Source of the DNA: Botryllus schlosseri
Taxonomy: Eukaryota
Length of the DNA: 64,000 bases
NCBI GenBank assembly: GCA_051294905.1
Contig: CM119371.1
Coordinates: 28,212,001 to 28,276,000 of the forward strand
Reading direction: 5' to 3'
Each line of letters starts with the position of its first letter. Within the stretch, counting starts at the first letter, position 1. The notes under the pieces are model-generated. The model was not told the origin of the DNA. It was given only the letters and a program-made list of their open reading frames with translations, and did not search any database. Position numbers and translations under genes: made by a program. Positions 37,852 to 50,904 of this stretch are shown here, in pieces.

Positions 37852-39281
37852 TATGGGATGGTGTGAACCTCTGAAAGGTTCAGGTTCGTGTGAACGTGAA
37901 CCTTTTTGAAAGGTTCTGTGTGAACGCGAACGAGAACCTCATGACGTCACGTGACGTCATATTGCTAATTTAAACCCCATATTTCAATTAGGTGATTGCC
38001 TATATTAATCTACTGTACACGATACCGAGCGACGACCCGGGGCCGCATAATAGCTCAGTACTAAAGTACATATTGAATTGACGTTTGAAACGTCGACAAA
38101 TGTATCAACTGGGGCAATCAAATGATATAATATTCCCATAAAATCAGCATCTTGAATCGCTTTGCAAACAATTTCGACCTGATCGGACAATGTATTCGGC
38201 GTCTGAGTATTGTCACATGGATATTGAGCAGAGTGTAAAATGGGTTTCTATACTTGCTACCGATTGACAAGTTATACAGCAGTATAGTAGGCTTACCATA
38301 CGTCCTCTTTTAAGAGGATTTGTCCTCTTTTTTGACTTTTTTGAAAGTGTCCTCGGAGGACGCCCTTTTGTCCTCTTTTTTGAGATTTTGTCCTCTTTTT
38401 TGAAAATTTAGGTCAGATTTAGAGGAAATTGCGAGTGATATGCCGCAAATTAGCGCAGAAGTGAAGCTCCGGCGGGTATTTCGGAGGGAAAAGTGGTGAT
38501 TTCAGCTCTGAGCGATAAGAAGACCTTTTTTTTTTTTTTTTTTTTTTTTTTTAGTCATCCACCTAGTAATGTGAAGTGGAAAACGTCTCTTTGAGCTCTG
38601 AGTGGATGTGATGACCTTTTTTTTTTTTTTTTTTAGTCAACCGATCATGAAGCGGGTGAAATTTACCTGTTTTTGAGAATTCTTCTCCAGTTATGCTTGA
38701 CTGAAATTTCTGAAAAAGTGTCCTCTTTTTTCATTTCCGAAATATGGTAAACCTACAGTATAGCCAACACCGCAGTGGCACGGATTTGGTTTTTATGATG
38801 CAGTATACATATGTAGTCAAGATTGACCCCCTACGCCTGCTAGATTTTTACATCAGAAGACGATATCAATCTCATTGATTGGTTGAATAAGGATCATTTG
38901 CTGACAAAATACAGTGCATTTCGCTCTTGATATCATGTGATTGCGGGTCAAGCTCACAGCACAGAGACATTAAATATGCACAAACGGAAGGCTGGATATT
39001 TCGAGCAAACTTTTGTAACAATTCAAGTAAATTTATGAGATTGTCAAGGGCATGTTCGTTTAGTGTTGAATGTTTATGCTGCCAGCCCCATGCATAGAGT
39101 GGCCCGCAGTTGAAAGTCAATAAATTTGAACCAAAGATGTTATAATGAATTGAAAATTGCAATATATGAAAAAGGTTCACAGTGCAGAACCTACCAAGGT
39201 TCTGTTGTGAACGCGAACCTCAAATTTTCCGAGGTTCACACACAGAACACGAACGTGAACCTCACGTTCACACCATCCCTA
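37852..39281. mobile_element. hAT-type MITE (GGGATGGTGTGAAC TIR, GTGAAC repeats) hosting a nested MITE
   Basis: TIRs gggatggtgtgaac / gttcacaccatccct. TSD cttacaac / cctataac (6/8). Confidence 0.75.
38288..38755 (+). mobile_element. hAT-type MITE (TAGGGTTACCATA family, GTCCTCTTTT repeats, internal poly-T)
   Basis: TIRs taggcttaccata / tatggtaaaccta. Perfect TSD CAGTATAG. Confidence 0.88.
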
Positions 39282-40448
39282 CCTATAACCCCTGATCAAG
39301 CGCGATAGGTAGTTCGTTGTCGATGACGGCTAACACCTGATCCCTTGATCAGCCTGTTCCTCAATATATTTTACCCAAAGATCGGTGTTTTACGCAAGAC
39401 TCGGCCCTTATCAGCCTGAAAAGTGTCCATTGATTTAATCGTACGCGGGAGGAAAGCGCACTCTTACCTTTTTCCAAACGTATTTCGATAAAAATGAATG
39501 ACTGGCGTATAAGCAAGGATAAGGCCGTCTTGTTATGCACTTTTACACTGCTGGTGCCAGGGACAGGTCGACCGAAATTGGGTGGCGTGATCTGAAGCAT
39601 GTGGTCTACTACAAACGGTGTCTCGATATTAAACGATGGTCGTCATTGCTCGGTACGAGTTGACTTGTTCGTATTCCAATAAATCTTTTTCCGAAGTAGT
39701 AACTATACGAGTAAACTTTTAAAATTCCTGTAGTTGAAGAATCGCTTTCCATCAACTTTGCTGTAATAACTAGGCTCGATGCGTTAGATGTGCTCACGAT
39801 TCTCAACGCCCTCATTCTAGGTATTCCAGATTTCAATGAATTCGTCATTGAACATTTTGTAACTATGAAATCACGCCGCTCGCAATAGGCCTACTGATAC
39901 AAACGTTAGAATATGCACATTAGGCAGCTATGAACTACTGTACTTCTTATTTTCTTTCGAATAATTTGAAATGCGTAAGCTATGTTAACCATGACTAATG
40001 TCTATACCCCATAAAAACTGTGTGTGGCCACCACGAAGTCACATTTTACGTCAGAATACACTATTTTGACGTCATTTGAACAATTAAAATCGCGTGCACC
40101 TCTTGCCCCACCACCCGATATTGTCACGACTTACGAGCCGCCACTGGTCATATGAGAATAAGATAAGTGAACAAAAAATTCTCCCTGCAATACAGATGTT
40201 GCGAGCTGCCATCACGAGTAATGGTACATACCGACTCGGTTATGATCTCTATCAGCAGCCATTGATTTCTAATGCTTCGCTGAGGAAATCCTCATGTTTA
40301 ATTTGGCGGGTATAGAATTGCAAATTTATGTCCTACTGCTTTGGGGTACTGCTCGTCAAGCAACAACGATCAAACTCTATAACTTAAACATAACAAAACA
40401 TGTTGTATACATACGTACAGCTATTTGAAACTCAGGCGAGCTGTGAAT

Positions 40449-41270
40449 CATTGGTCAACAACAAAAAAAACTTTTTTAGTGCCAAAGATATTTTAATGGT
40501 TTCTAGGGGCTTCTAGGTATGTTTGGGTTGCTGAGTCCGAAAATGACACCCGTTTCTCTGAATTGGCTCTACTTCTTGAGATATCGATATTTTTGATTTA
40601 TTTAATAATTATTTACTTTATTTAATCGTCGTAAGTAGATTACTTGGAATTATGCAGATTTAGAATCTTATCGGCGATCTGTGCCTCACTCCGAGGAGTA
40701 CCCGACTCAATAACGAAACCTGCTCTCGAACTGGAGCTTGAATAACATTTTACCGCACTGGAGAAATAGAATTACTTCCGTATTTTAGCCAACCAGATGA
40801 AATTTTTTACTGCAACGACATCGAAGGGCTTACTGAAAGTGGAGGCATATGATTGATTAGCGTGATTTGGACTGCTTACTAACTGGACTTTGAGCGTTAC
40901 TGAACGTAGTGTTTGGGCTTTGATGGCACTTGCTTTTGATTGACAAAAATATGTTGTTTAGCCTTAACATCGCCCAGTTTTTATAATTTATATAACAGGA
41001 CTCGCATATAGAAGGCTCTCTGTGTTAACGATCGGGTCTTAAACGATATCGCTTCAGAAATCAAACAATACTGTATGCACAATTGCACATACTTGAAGAG
41101 ACAGATGTGAACTCATCGAAGTTGTAGTATATAAAGTGAAATTTACCCATGCCAGAATTGGCGGATTTTGAGAACTTTTCCTAACAAAAATGTGGAATAT
41201 CTCAAAGAATAGGCTCTATTCGGAAAAACTGACGTCATCGTCGGATTCAGCGACATAAGAATGCCCTACA
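40449..41270 (+). mobile_element. Internally deleted Chapaev3-like element
   Basis: Starts CATTGGTCAACA, the near complement of the 18778 end. Subterminal inverted segments near 40515-40585 and 41197-41270. Internal remnant ELLPYFSQPDE / FYCNDIEGLL. Confidence 0.6.
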
Positions 41271-41834
41271 ACTGTAGTATACAAAGATCCGTAGTATACA
41301 AAGATCATTTTACCTATGCCATGGAGAGACCGCCGAAAATTACATTTTCACTGGGCCCCATTCTTCAGGCTATAGATTTTGTTAAAGTCTCCAAGAGTGA
41401 GTTTTTCTGCCTTGGGTCAAGTTTGCAGACCTAGGGGGTTAGGGCTGCGTTATTCTATCTGTTTTAGGGGGGTTATTGCTATGCTGCTCGGAATTTTTGG
41501 GAAAAATTATTCCCGCTTCGCGTAATTTTCTTGCTGTGAGCCGGGGAAAATGTAATTTTGAGCAGTTTCGCCAGACCGTTAAATGGCGAAGTAACAAATT
41601 TGACAGCTCTAGGAACTAGGTTATACAACGGAGACTTTCAAGTATATCATACCCGAATAATTCAACAAAATTATAAATGCAACTTTTTACTACAACTTTT
41701 GTTAAAATTAAATGCATCTTTTTCGCGATTTTAATGCAACAAAAACTTGCCCTGCTAAGTACGATTAGCCCATGTCTGCGGTACAGCTCAGACAAAATCT
41801 GTAATCTGTAAAACATCCGAATAACAAAACAGCA

Positions 41835-42059
41835 CTAATGGAAGATTTCCAGTGTGTAGAGATGTTCCTTCTGGCGATAGAGGATCGGCTTTTGTAGCTT
41901 TATGATAGTTGAATCAAGGATTTTTAAATAAAAAAGAGATCGACCAAGATAAACTATTAAAAACTGATTGTTATTGTAATGTTTTGCCCACTCTGAATGT
42001 TTCAAGAGGTGTTGTCCGATGGCAGAATTACATGCTGTTACTTGGTCATAATCACGCAT
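41835..42059 (-). pseudogene. Penelope-like retroelement GIY-YIG endonuclease C-terminal fragment
   Basis: SAIGQHLL...RSLFYLKILDSTIIKLQKPILYRQKEHLYTLEIF follows the typical Penelope C-terminal pattern SAIxxHL...LEAxxI...PxLxRQ. Confidence 0.75.
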
Positions 42060-42420
42060 GGTAACCAGTGGCGTAGCAGCATGGGCTCACGCCCATGGCT
42101 TTCGTAGAAAATGCTGCTATCCCCCCTAAGTAGGCCGCAGTAAATTTCGACATAGTTCCATATTCAAGCAATCTCTTCAATAAAAATAAATATAAATATC
42201 ATGCCGCGTTTCAGAAGTATTATATTGCATGAGCAAGAAGCCTCACCGTTTCAGTGTTTATAAGGCCAAAAATATTAAAGACAAGAAATAGTAGACAAAT
42301 TTTAAAACAAAACAAAAATCAATAACAGCCTCAAAATTGAACTTTTCGAGCTTTCGCCGAAGACATATCAGCGACAATATCCTCAAAATCCGGTTTTGGA
42401 CGTAATCTATTTTCATAGAA

Positions 42421-43513
42421 CAGTGGTTTCCAACCTTTTTGTGTTCGTTCCCCACTTCAGACTTATTTTGAGTCTTCATTCCCCACTACCATAAACCAGG
42501 GTTGTAATGACTCGAGTAATGACTCGACTCGACTCGAGTCATTTTCTAAAAATACGAAAATGAATCGACTCGACTCGAGTCAATCTGTGTATTGACTCGA
42601 CTTGGACTCAAGTCAGTGCGCATGACTCGAACCAAGTCATATGACTCGAGACTCAGACGGCCAAGACCGACATTTCATTGTAATTTCGAAGAATAACAAA
42701 GTAGCCACACTGTTGGAGTTCGTCTATTGGTACTGGTACTTGAAAATGCCACCAGAAACTGCTAAAAGTAAGGAAAATTAGTATATTGTAAATGCGAGTC
42801 ATTCGATATCACCAAACAGAGATATAAAAAGTGGTCTTTACAAGACTTTAACTGAAAGCTGAGCAGTTAATACAATGACTTGGACTCGGACTCTAGTCAT
42901 AATACCATGACTCGGACTCGATTCTCTGCTCGCTGATTTGGACTCGGACTAGACTCGTTGGTGAATTGAAAATGACTCGACTTGACTCGAGTCAAAACTA
43001 TAAAAGTGAGATTGACTTGTGACTCGAAGCCTTGTGAATTGGTTACAACCCTGACAAAAACCCCTTATACCAGTAGTTTTACCACATTTTGATATCCTAA
43101 AAAGAGGACACCTCTATAAATTCGGAAAACTGGTGATTTTGAGAATTTGTCGACCTACAGCGTTGTGTTGAGCAAAGAAAGGTAATCACTTTTACTCGGC
43201 TCCAGATTTTTTACGAAACTCTGACGTTCGCCGCGTCGGAGTAGCATTTATCGTGGCATTTAAATCCTTTTTAGAGAAAAAGAGAACAGATTCCGGAAAA
43301 AGAGGAAAATTAGGGGTGCTCCGGCGACTCTTTCAATTTATAATTCTCGATATATGCATTCCAGAGCATTTAAGCGGTAACGGTAATCGCGCATGTGTAT
43401 CCGTAAATCTGTAGACTATCCCGTATATAATGTTTACCAGATGCGTCTATTCCCCACCATACACCATTGAATTCCCCACCAGTGGGTAATTCCCCACCGG
43501 TTAGGAATCACTG
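42421..43513 (+). mobile_element. Family C MITE interrupting a Tip100-like transposase relic
   Basis: TIRs cagtggtttccaacc / ggttaggaatcactg. TTCCCCAC subterminal repeats. Similar to 31182-33787. Confidence 0.75.
42497..43053 (-). mobile_element. Second family A MITE in inverted orientation, nested in a family C MITE
   Basis: Reverse-complement match to 3738-4328 over its full length. Degenerate TSD ccataaac / acaaaaac. Confidence 0.88.
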
Positions 43514-46500
43514 CCGGACAGAGCTGATAGCCGATAATTATTCATGGTAGAAGGTAAATAAGACTGTATCAGTTTGAGCTTTGAGAAGCTCCTCTCGCAG
43601 CTCGCAATAGAAACACTAATGGTCAGACAAAGTTTCATATACGAGCATAAATATGGTGTCGAATCAAGTAGGTGTGATGTAACTATAACCACTAGGGTTG
43701 TCCAAAATTTGGAAAATCTCAAAAATGATGGGTATCAATGTCTCATTCAATAGGTTATTGATATAAAACAGCAATGAGCCTGGAATATGCTCACAGGAAA
43801 ATCGTTAAGATTTGTCGCAAAGCGTTTAAAAGTAGCTACAGACGGGTGGGAGTGCCAGCGACCATATAACAGCATCAAGACTAGTAATCACGAAATCACG
43901 GCTCTCGATTGGCTAATCGGCTATGCTTCAATGATCACGACGGTGGTGCGGCGGTGATTCTGTAAGCGCATTGTAAGTTGGTTGGCAGATAGTGATTTCA
44001 GATTAATTCATGACATGTTGAGTTACTAAATACATGATGACGAACAAACAACAGCTTCTTCCAACAAACTTAAAGCATGACCGGCTTACTGTCCACGAAA
44101 CTGCCGTAGCCCACATGTCTGTTTTGACCGAGGGAAGGCACAGAACATGCCGACAAATATTGCAACGGCGCTTATGCAAGTGGCGAACGAATGTCTTGTT
44201 TCAGAAAGGATGCATCATCATTGAATACAAGCTTAACAATGACACTACTTTATCTGATCTTATTAGGTTCCAGTCGTGGTATATAATTGAAGTCTTGAAT
44301 GCCCTAAGGATTGGCTGAATAAGCAATTTATGCTGGGGGCTTATTGGGCTCTTACCCCTAAATGAATTCCCTCGTAAGTTTAGTCGAAGAGCAATACGGA
44401 GAAGTTGTATAGGATACGGTGCAACACACATATTGCGCGATTAGTAAACTTGAACAAAAAATATGGTGGATGGTAAAAATACCATATTGTGTAGCTTTAT
44501 TTCCGTAAATTAACGGCATTTCTACACTTGCGTTTACACTTCAACATGTACGTTATCCAGACAAAAGAACTGATATTAATTAGAGCTCAAAGTATATGAT
44601 GGTGGGAATTGAAAGTGAAACATAAATACTACTTCCAAAAGGGGAAAATGTATTTCATGTCTTTAGTCCAGAAAGTTTCAAAGGTGGTATGTTAAAACAG
44701 CTTTAAAACTGAAAAAAGTCAGAGTCCGCTTTTCCAGATTAGGACACGCCATGTACTGCTAGATTACGGTATGATAAGTAAATGCTACGTTGCGAAACAT
44801 CAGTTTCAAATTTTATGATGAGCAATATATACTGTGATGAAATATTTCATATGGGCGAAGGGCGACAATACGGTGTGAACGGAACCACGCCAACCCGCTA
44901 CCTAAATTATATTCACCGGAACTTTCGTGAAATCATACTGGTTACGCTGTATCCACTGAGCGCAAAGCGCGACGAAAATTCTGGGTTTCACTTAACTTTT
45001 ATGAACATTAAATGTTGATACTCCTTAAAAACAGCGCCGAATTTCCTCAGGCTATCTTCCTGATTGGAGGATTAAACTACTTCTAATTGACAAACTGAAA
45101 ATAACGAAAAGTAAGTAAGTAGATCACAAAATATTATGAAGTAGAAGTAGAAGTAGCGAAAATCAGATCTACTTGAGTAAGTACCAGAAGTAGGGGAAAC
45201 TACTTGAGTACTTCGAAAAAGTAGAAGTACTTCATTACTGACCACCTCTGGATAAGACACAATGCGGTGTAATGAATGGATAGGAGAATGCCGAACGACC
45301 AGTTACGTTTGCAGCAGCGGCCTCTTGAAAACGCATCCACCTCGGCCTCACGGCACTAGCCCGATTTCACAGTTCCTTTTTCGATGTTAGTCTCTATTCC
45401 GTGGTCTCTAGGTCATTCTCCCTTCCTCGTAAGTGCGCTCTTTCATCGGGTATTTTTCTGGACTTTTTTGTCACCGTAAGAACGGCGACGCGGGAGAACA
45501 GAATAACCTCCGACCCAGAATCCACCAGGGCCGCTTGGGCGGTAGGCACTCATTGTGACCACTATGCTATCTTCCTCGCTAACTCCGATTTAAAAATGCC
45601 GATCTTAATCGCAAGTTATTGTTGTCCTGATTCCGTAAATACAATTTAAAAGCTGGTCAAGGCAACGGAACCACCCCGAAATAGCCATCAAAGTCTGAAA
45701 ATTGGCATTGCCTTAAATAATCGCTCAACATAATGTGCATTACCTTGGTCAGTTGGTCATTGTGGTGCGGTGCTCCGATTTTCTGGAACAATCTGCCTGG
45801 ACGGCTTTTTCGGAGTGGTTCCATTGCCATTCCCGCATTTTCATGTTTTCGGAATCAGTGCTACACAAGCTTTCGATCGAGACCAGTTTCAATAAATTTT
45901 AGCTATCTGGTCGATGGCTATAGGACTACCAATTACGCTGCTTTTAGCCGGCGGTGTACACTGTGCAGCCTCATTATGCCGCCCCTTAGAGCCTGCCGCC
46001 TCTGCGCAGAGCCATATCCGCCAAGTGGCTGCTACGCCATTGATGGTAACTAGTCGAATTAAACCGAGTCGAAGTTGCCCAGATAAACATGCTACCGCCG
46101 AAACTCGATTATGTTTTTTTTTTGTATTCGCGCCGAAGGATGGGGATTGGACGACTGTACGAACGCGAATAGTATTCCTTCCTTCGACAATATTGAGATA
46201 AGAAGTGTTTTGGGGTCGGACCAAACACCTCATCTCAGTTTATTGCTCGTTCCCTCTTCCACCAGACGTACTACGAATACAATGCACCGCATGAAAACAG
46301 GATTGTCGCTCGCATGTCATCTCCGAATACGGCTTGACATTCAAATCAAATCGCACATGTTACCCGGCCTAATGCTACGTCACGATGCTATAAATTGCAG
46401 AATTAGTGATGTTCTAAATAATTTTAAAACTTGATGTTTTATTTCTTTCGTCAATGAACAAGCCTTCAATGCTTTGCATTTTTCAATCAATGTATGAAAT

Positions 46501-47315
46501 TTTGTTATATCTGGTGGACCGGCAGAAAAGTAGTCGCAGACGGGCGGTTGAGAACCACTGCATTACACACTTCACCTACGCATTCATACGATGCAATTTG
46601 TGCCTGCATAAATTGTTGACGAGGGTATAACGTATAAACTATATCAGTACGACTTAAATCATACAAGAGAATCGCCAAGATGAACACGAAGCAGTCTATA
46701 GAGCAGAAAGACACTGCTATTGATGAATTAGCACATGTCTGCCACAACGTGAGCTTCGATAACTTCGTGTGCGGTCAATTTTGATGTATACTGACCGCGG
46801 ATCAGTACACGCGTCTACGCAATCGTCGAATGACCGCTTGCTCACATCGATCATATCAGCATATCGCGAATAATTACGTACAGTTACAGCGACTGATTTG
46901 ACACTGATTGCTTATTGCCTTGAAATTGACTCGAAAATTTAGCTTCAAGTCACGAATAAATCCACATGTTTGAAACGCCGAGTCAATTGAAGTCTTTTTC
47001 GGAAAGTGACGCAAGTCAAGTTCAGGTCATCTGGAAAAATTGACCCGAGTCTTCACAACACTATTTGAATGCAAAATAAAGTAGCATGGTGGATTTTTTT
47101 CTCAATTGCAAGATACATATTTACGAAAGTTCTGCGCTGTCAGGCCCAATTTGACATTTTCCACGCATAGGAATTTACATTATCCATCATTCAACAATCG
47201 AATATATTGACTTTCAAATGAAGCCCTGATATTCTGACTGATTATGAATTGATTGAAGTTCCTAATGCTGTTTGATTCCATTATGAATGCATTGCGTGAA
47301 ACCATTTTGTTACAG

Positions 47316-47504
47316 AATCCGGACAAAGATCTTCATCGTTACCACCTTATCATATCACAGTAACGGGTGATGTAATTGGAGGAAACAAATATTCCAATAA
47401 CACTGCTGGTACCATAAATGAGGGTGTAATGAATAGTGAACAGAAAGACTGTCACCTCACCATATCTGGGAATACGAGCACTCACCATCTGAAGACAGAA
47501 ACAG
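47316..47504 (+). CDS. Symmetric 189-nt exon encoding an N/G/S/T-rich low-complexity, amyloid-motif-like linker; probably part of the NACHT gene
   Basis: Acceptor ccattttgttacag and donor ACAG|gtgagc. Open in phase 1-1: (E)SGQRSSSLPPYHITVTGDVIGGNKYSNNTAGTINEGVMNSEQKDCHLTISGNTSTHHLKTET. Splices in frame to the NACHT exon (G|AA ATC AAT = EIN). Absent from the ORF track. Confidence 0.7.
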
Positions 47505-47560
47505 GTGAGCAATTAAAGATTTGCAAGTAATTGATCATAAATCTTGCATAGATGCTAGGA

Positions 47561-47861
47561 TAGAGTTACCATACGTCGTCTTTTAGGAGGAAAGTGTCCT
47601 CGGAGGACGCCTAAATGTCATATTTTTTGGGAATTGATCCTCTTTTTCGAGAATTTGGGACTGAGATACACGAAATCAGCGGCCAAGCAACGGTCCGACG
47701 TGATTTCTGAGACCTGAGCCGGAAAAATGACCTTTTTGTAGTCAGGTGACCACAAAGTCGGGGAAACATTTCCATTTTTCCCGGATTTTGCTCCACTACT
47801 GTAACTTTAAAAATTTTGAAAAAGTGTCCTCTTTTCATATTTTCAAAATACGATAACCCTA
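47561..47861 (+). mobile_element. Second TAGGGTTACCATA-family MITE, 56 bp downstream of the 47504 splice donor
   Basis: TIRs tagagttaccata / tacgataacccta. Perfect TSD TGCTAGGA. Confidence 0.85.
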
Positions 47862-48119
47862 TGCTAGGAGTCTTGATTAAATTCGTTTTTCAAGATAACA
47901 GATGTCTATTGACTACTTGAAAATGCATCCTACTTTTGATGCTAGCAACACTCACATTTCAACCGAAGAAAAAATGATGATGGGCGAAAGGGGTAGGGGC
48001 AGTTTCCATCTTTCCAGTTATGTAGGCCTACCAAATAACATAAATAAGTACCAGTTTTTAGAATGTGGGGCACAGAATATCTCTCCATAGCGCTAATGAC
48101 AGTGGCAGATGGTCTGTAG

Positions 48120-50904
48120 CAGTGGTTCTCAACCTTTTTGTCTTCGCGGACCACTTTTGTACCGTGAGGAACCCCGCGGACCTCCTCATGTTTTAGTTCA
48201 AATTTAGCTCAATTATCGTGCGAACGTCATCTGTCTTGTCAACTTAAGGCTAGTGATAAACAGCAACAAAACTACCGTTCTTGAAAACAACATCATACTA
48301 TATGTAGTGATATGGATAGGCTTTTCTTCTTTCGAAGGAACTCCTGCAGCTGTATTTCTTATTTCTTGATATATGTGGTCGTGTCTTGAAAATCAACGCC
48401 TCCGATTTGATCAGAACGAGTGCCGAACCTCCGTTTTCACGATGGCGGTGAATGTAATTTGAGCACGATCGCAACATATATGGCACCAAAATCGAGAAAC
48501 ATATTTTTCAATGAAGTTATCACTACCAGACTAGTCATTTCTATATAGCAGCTCATCTTCAAGAATTTCTGGAATAGTGGTTATTTATATCACAGGAGAG
48601 AATGGATTCCGTGATGAAGTTTTGATCCCTTTTTTGAGACAGACTGGAAAAAAATTTTTTTTTTAACAAACTGCAACAAAACATCTTTAAACAGCACTAT
48701 GTTTGTATCAGAAGGCTATTAGCAACTTTGAAATAAAAATGAGTTCACACCAGGAGTTTCAAACATACGACCCGCCAGACGATTTTAGCCGGCCCGCGAA
48801 GCCATTCCGAGTAGATTGAAAAATACTTGTATTATCCAGCTCATTTTTCACAAATGTTGATTTGTTTGGAAGAAAATACTTCCGGTAAATATTGCCCCAA
48901 GACAGCAAATGTCGAGTATGTTCGTAGCAGGCCACATTATAATCACCAGACTATCGTGTTTTGGTTTCATACTTATTAGCACTGTAGAAACAAATCAGTG
49001 ACATTGAAACCCAATTTCCAAAAAGCAAACAATTGCACATTGAGTTGACTTGGTGCATGTTCGTGCTGCTGTATCGTTTCTGACTCAAAAGGTCCCCGGA
49101 ATGTGGAGAAACCTGAATCGAGATTTATTAAGAATACAATCAATTTAAAAGTCCATGTTTACAGTTTATTATCTTTTATTCCTCACTACGCATACACACG
49201 GCTAACCCTAGATTACTACTTAAGCAAAGGGGGCATAGGAATAAGTGAACTTGTATCGTCGTTACCGCCGCTGTTTTAGCAGCGGTTCATAAGTGCATTC
49301 AACCAACCAATCATCATCGTGAATTCCGTTGTTCGCAATTAAGGGTGTTGCTACTTTCTAGAATAGGCTAAAGCCCATGTGATCCGTGATACAATTTTAA
49401 TATACCAGGGGCGGGCCACATACGGCTCCGCGAAGGGATTTTGTCCGGCCCACGGACAGTTAGGGCCCGACAATTTTCGAGTATCGACGATCTTACATGA
49501 TGAGTTCGGCCGAAAATATCGACTACTCATGTAGCCTACGGCCGAATTCCAGGGCGTAGTCGTAATAAACTAGCTGGAAGCCAAATACCCATGTTAAACT
49601 GCCTATGTCCATGCCTGGTGAATTCCGAACAAATCTCCTTTTTAATATAGGCTTACTATACGCATCGAAATCGCGAGTGGTCACTGGTCAGAATATGAGA
49701 TTGTTGATAGTCGCACGAGGCGCGAAAAATTTTTCAGATTCACTGATTAATTTCGTCATTAATATTCGTAGTTTTACATATTACTATCGATCATTTATTC
49801 TTTCTCAGCCCGTGTGATCAGGTTCACTAATAGAATTGATGGAGGGGATGTTTTCGGAATTTTAGGGCAATTATAAACAATCATGCATCTTCGCCTCGGG
49901 CAATTATTATTAGTCACTTTGTTGCATGCCGTTATTTCTTTATCTCCCAACAGGATTTTCGGTATAGGGAGGACCACACGATTCCGAGCTGGTATTTCTA
50001 TATGAGGCCCATCATTTTCCTCTGCTGTTCACATCTATACTGTGGGGATCCGATTGCAAATGGGGCTACTATATTAAAATCAAAATAGAAGTCACATTGA
50101 ATCGCGCACAACGCGAAGAAAATTTCAAGATTAATTAAAATCTCACAAGAAACCGGAAATCAATTCATAAAGTTGAATTGCATGTCGACGGCCGCCAACA
50201 CATCCTAATTGAATTTCGTATCGACGGCCGCACAAATTTCCTTCTACGGTCGCAGGTTGGCCACCCCTGGTCTCCGGCTATTCGTCCGGTACCGGTCAAG
50301 TAGACACTTTCTTGTGGAAATTAGTTGGAGTAGTAAGATCACAGAGTGAATTCTCAATGTTTGCAAAAATCCATTTTCTCTTGTGATATGGATAAACACC
50401 ATTCCAGATAAACTTCAAGATGGGCTGCTATATAGAAATGCCTATACGCTGGACGTTATAAGTTCATTAAAAATCTGCTTCTCAATTTGGGTGCCATAAA
50501 TGTGGCGATGCTATAGAATGGTGTCGTCGGAAGCGTTACCCGTTATTATTATATCGCCAACACCTATCTTTGTGGAAATGGATTTTCGGCAATCGTTCAT
50601 ATCAAATCGTAGGTGCAAATTTTCAAGACACGTCCACGTATTTCTATAAATGCAGCTGTAGCATTCGCTTTGAAATAATAAAAGTTTACCAGGTTTCTAC
50701 AAAAATAGTATGATATTATTTTCAAGAAAAGTCATTTTGTTGCTGTTCATCAATAAACTACAGTTAATATTTGAACAAGACATACGGCGGTTGTACAATA
50801 ATGGAGCTAAATTTGAACTAAAAATTGTGTGTGTAGAGGCGTTCCGCGACGGTCAGTGACAATCCTAAAGGGGTCTGCGAAGATAAAAAGGTTGAGAACC
50901 ACTG
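48120..50904. mobile_element. Charlie-type element, or inverted pair of copies, with long diverged inverted arms and nested MITEs
   Basis: TIRs cagtggttctcaaccttttt / aaaaaggttgagaaccactg. Arms about 48190-48650 match about 50380-50830 in reverse. No TSD. Nested ends near 48750 and 49406-50269. Confidence 0.65.

Larger units (their letters stand above)
42066..43722 (-). pseudogene. hAT (Tip100/ZMYM1-like) transposase C-terminal relic with element end
   Basis: Minus strand 43514-43640 reads LCLTISVSIASCERSFSKLKLIQSYLPSTMNNYRLSALS (hAT dimerisation domain). It continues near 42300-42410 (KFNFEAVIDF). A cagtggcgtagc-type terminus lies near 42066. Confidence 0.75.

Noticed and set aside
45733..46434. 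GC-richer stretch with several overlapping ~100-aa ORFs
   Set aside because: Only faint LINE-like words (APIFWNNLP, IAIPAFSCFRN) are present. There is no coherent frame or splice structure.
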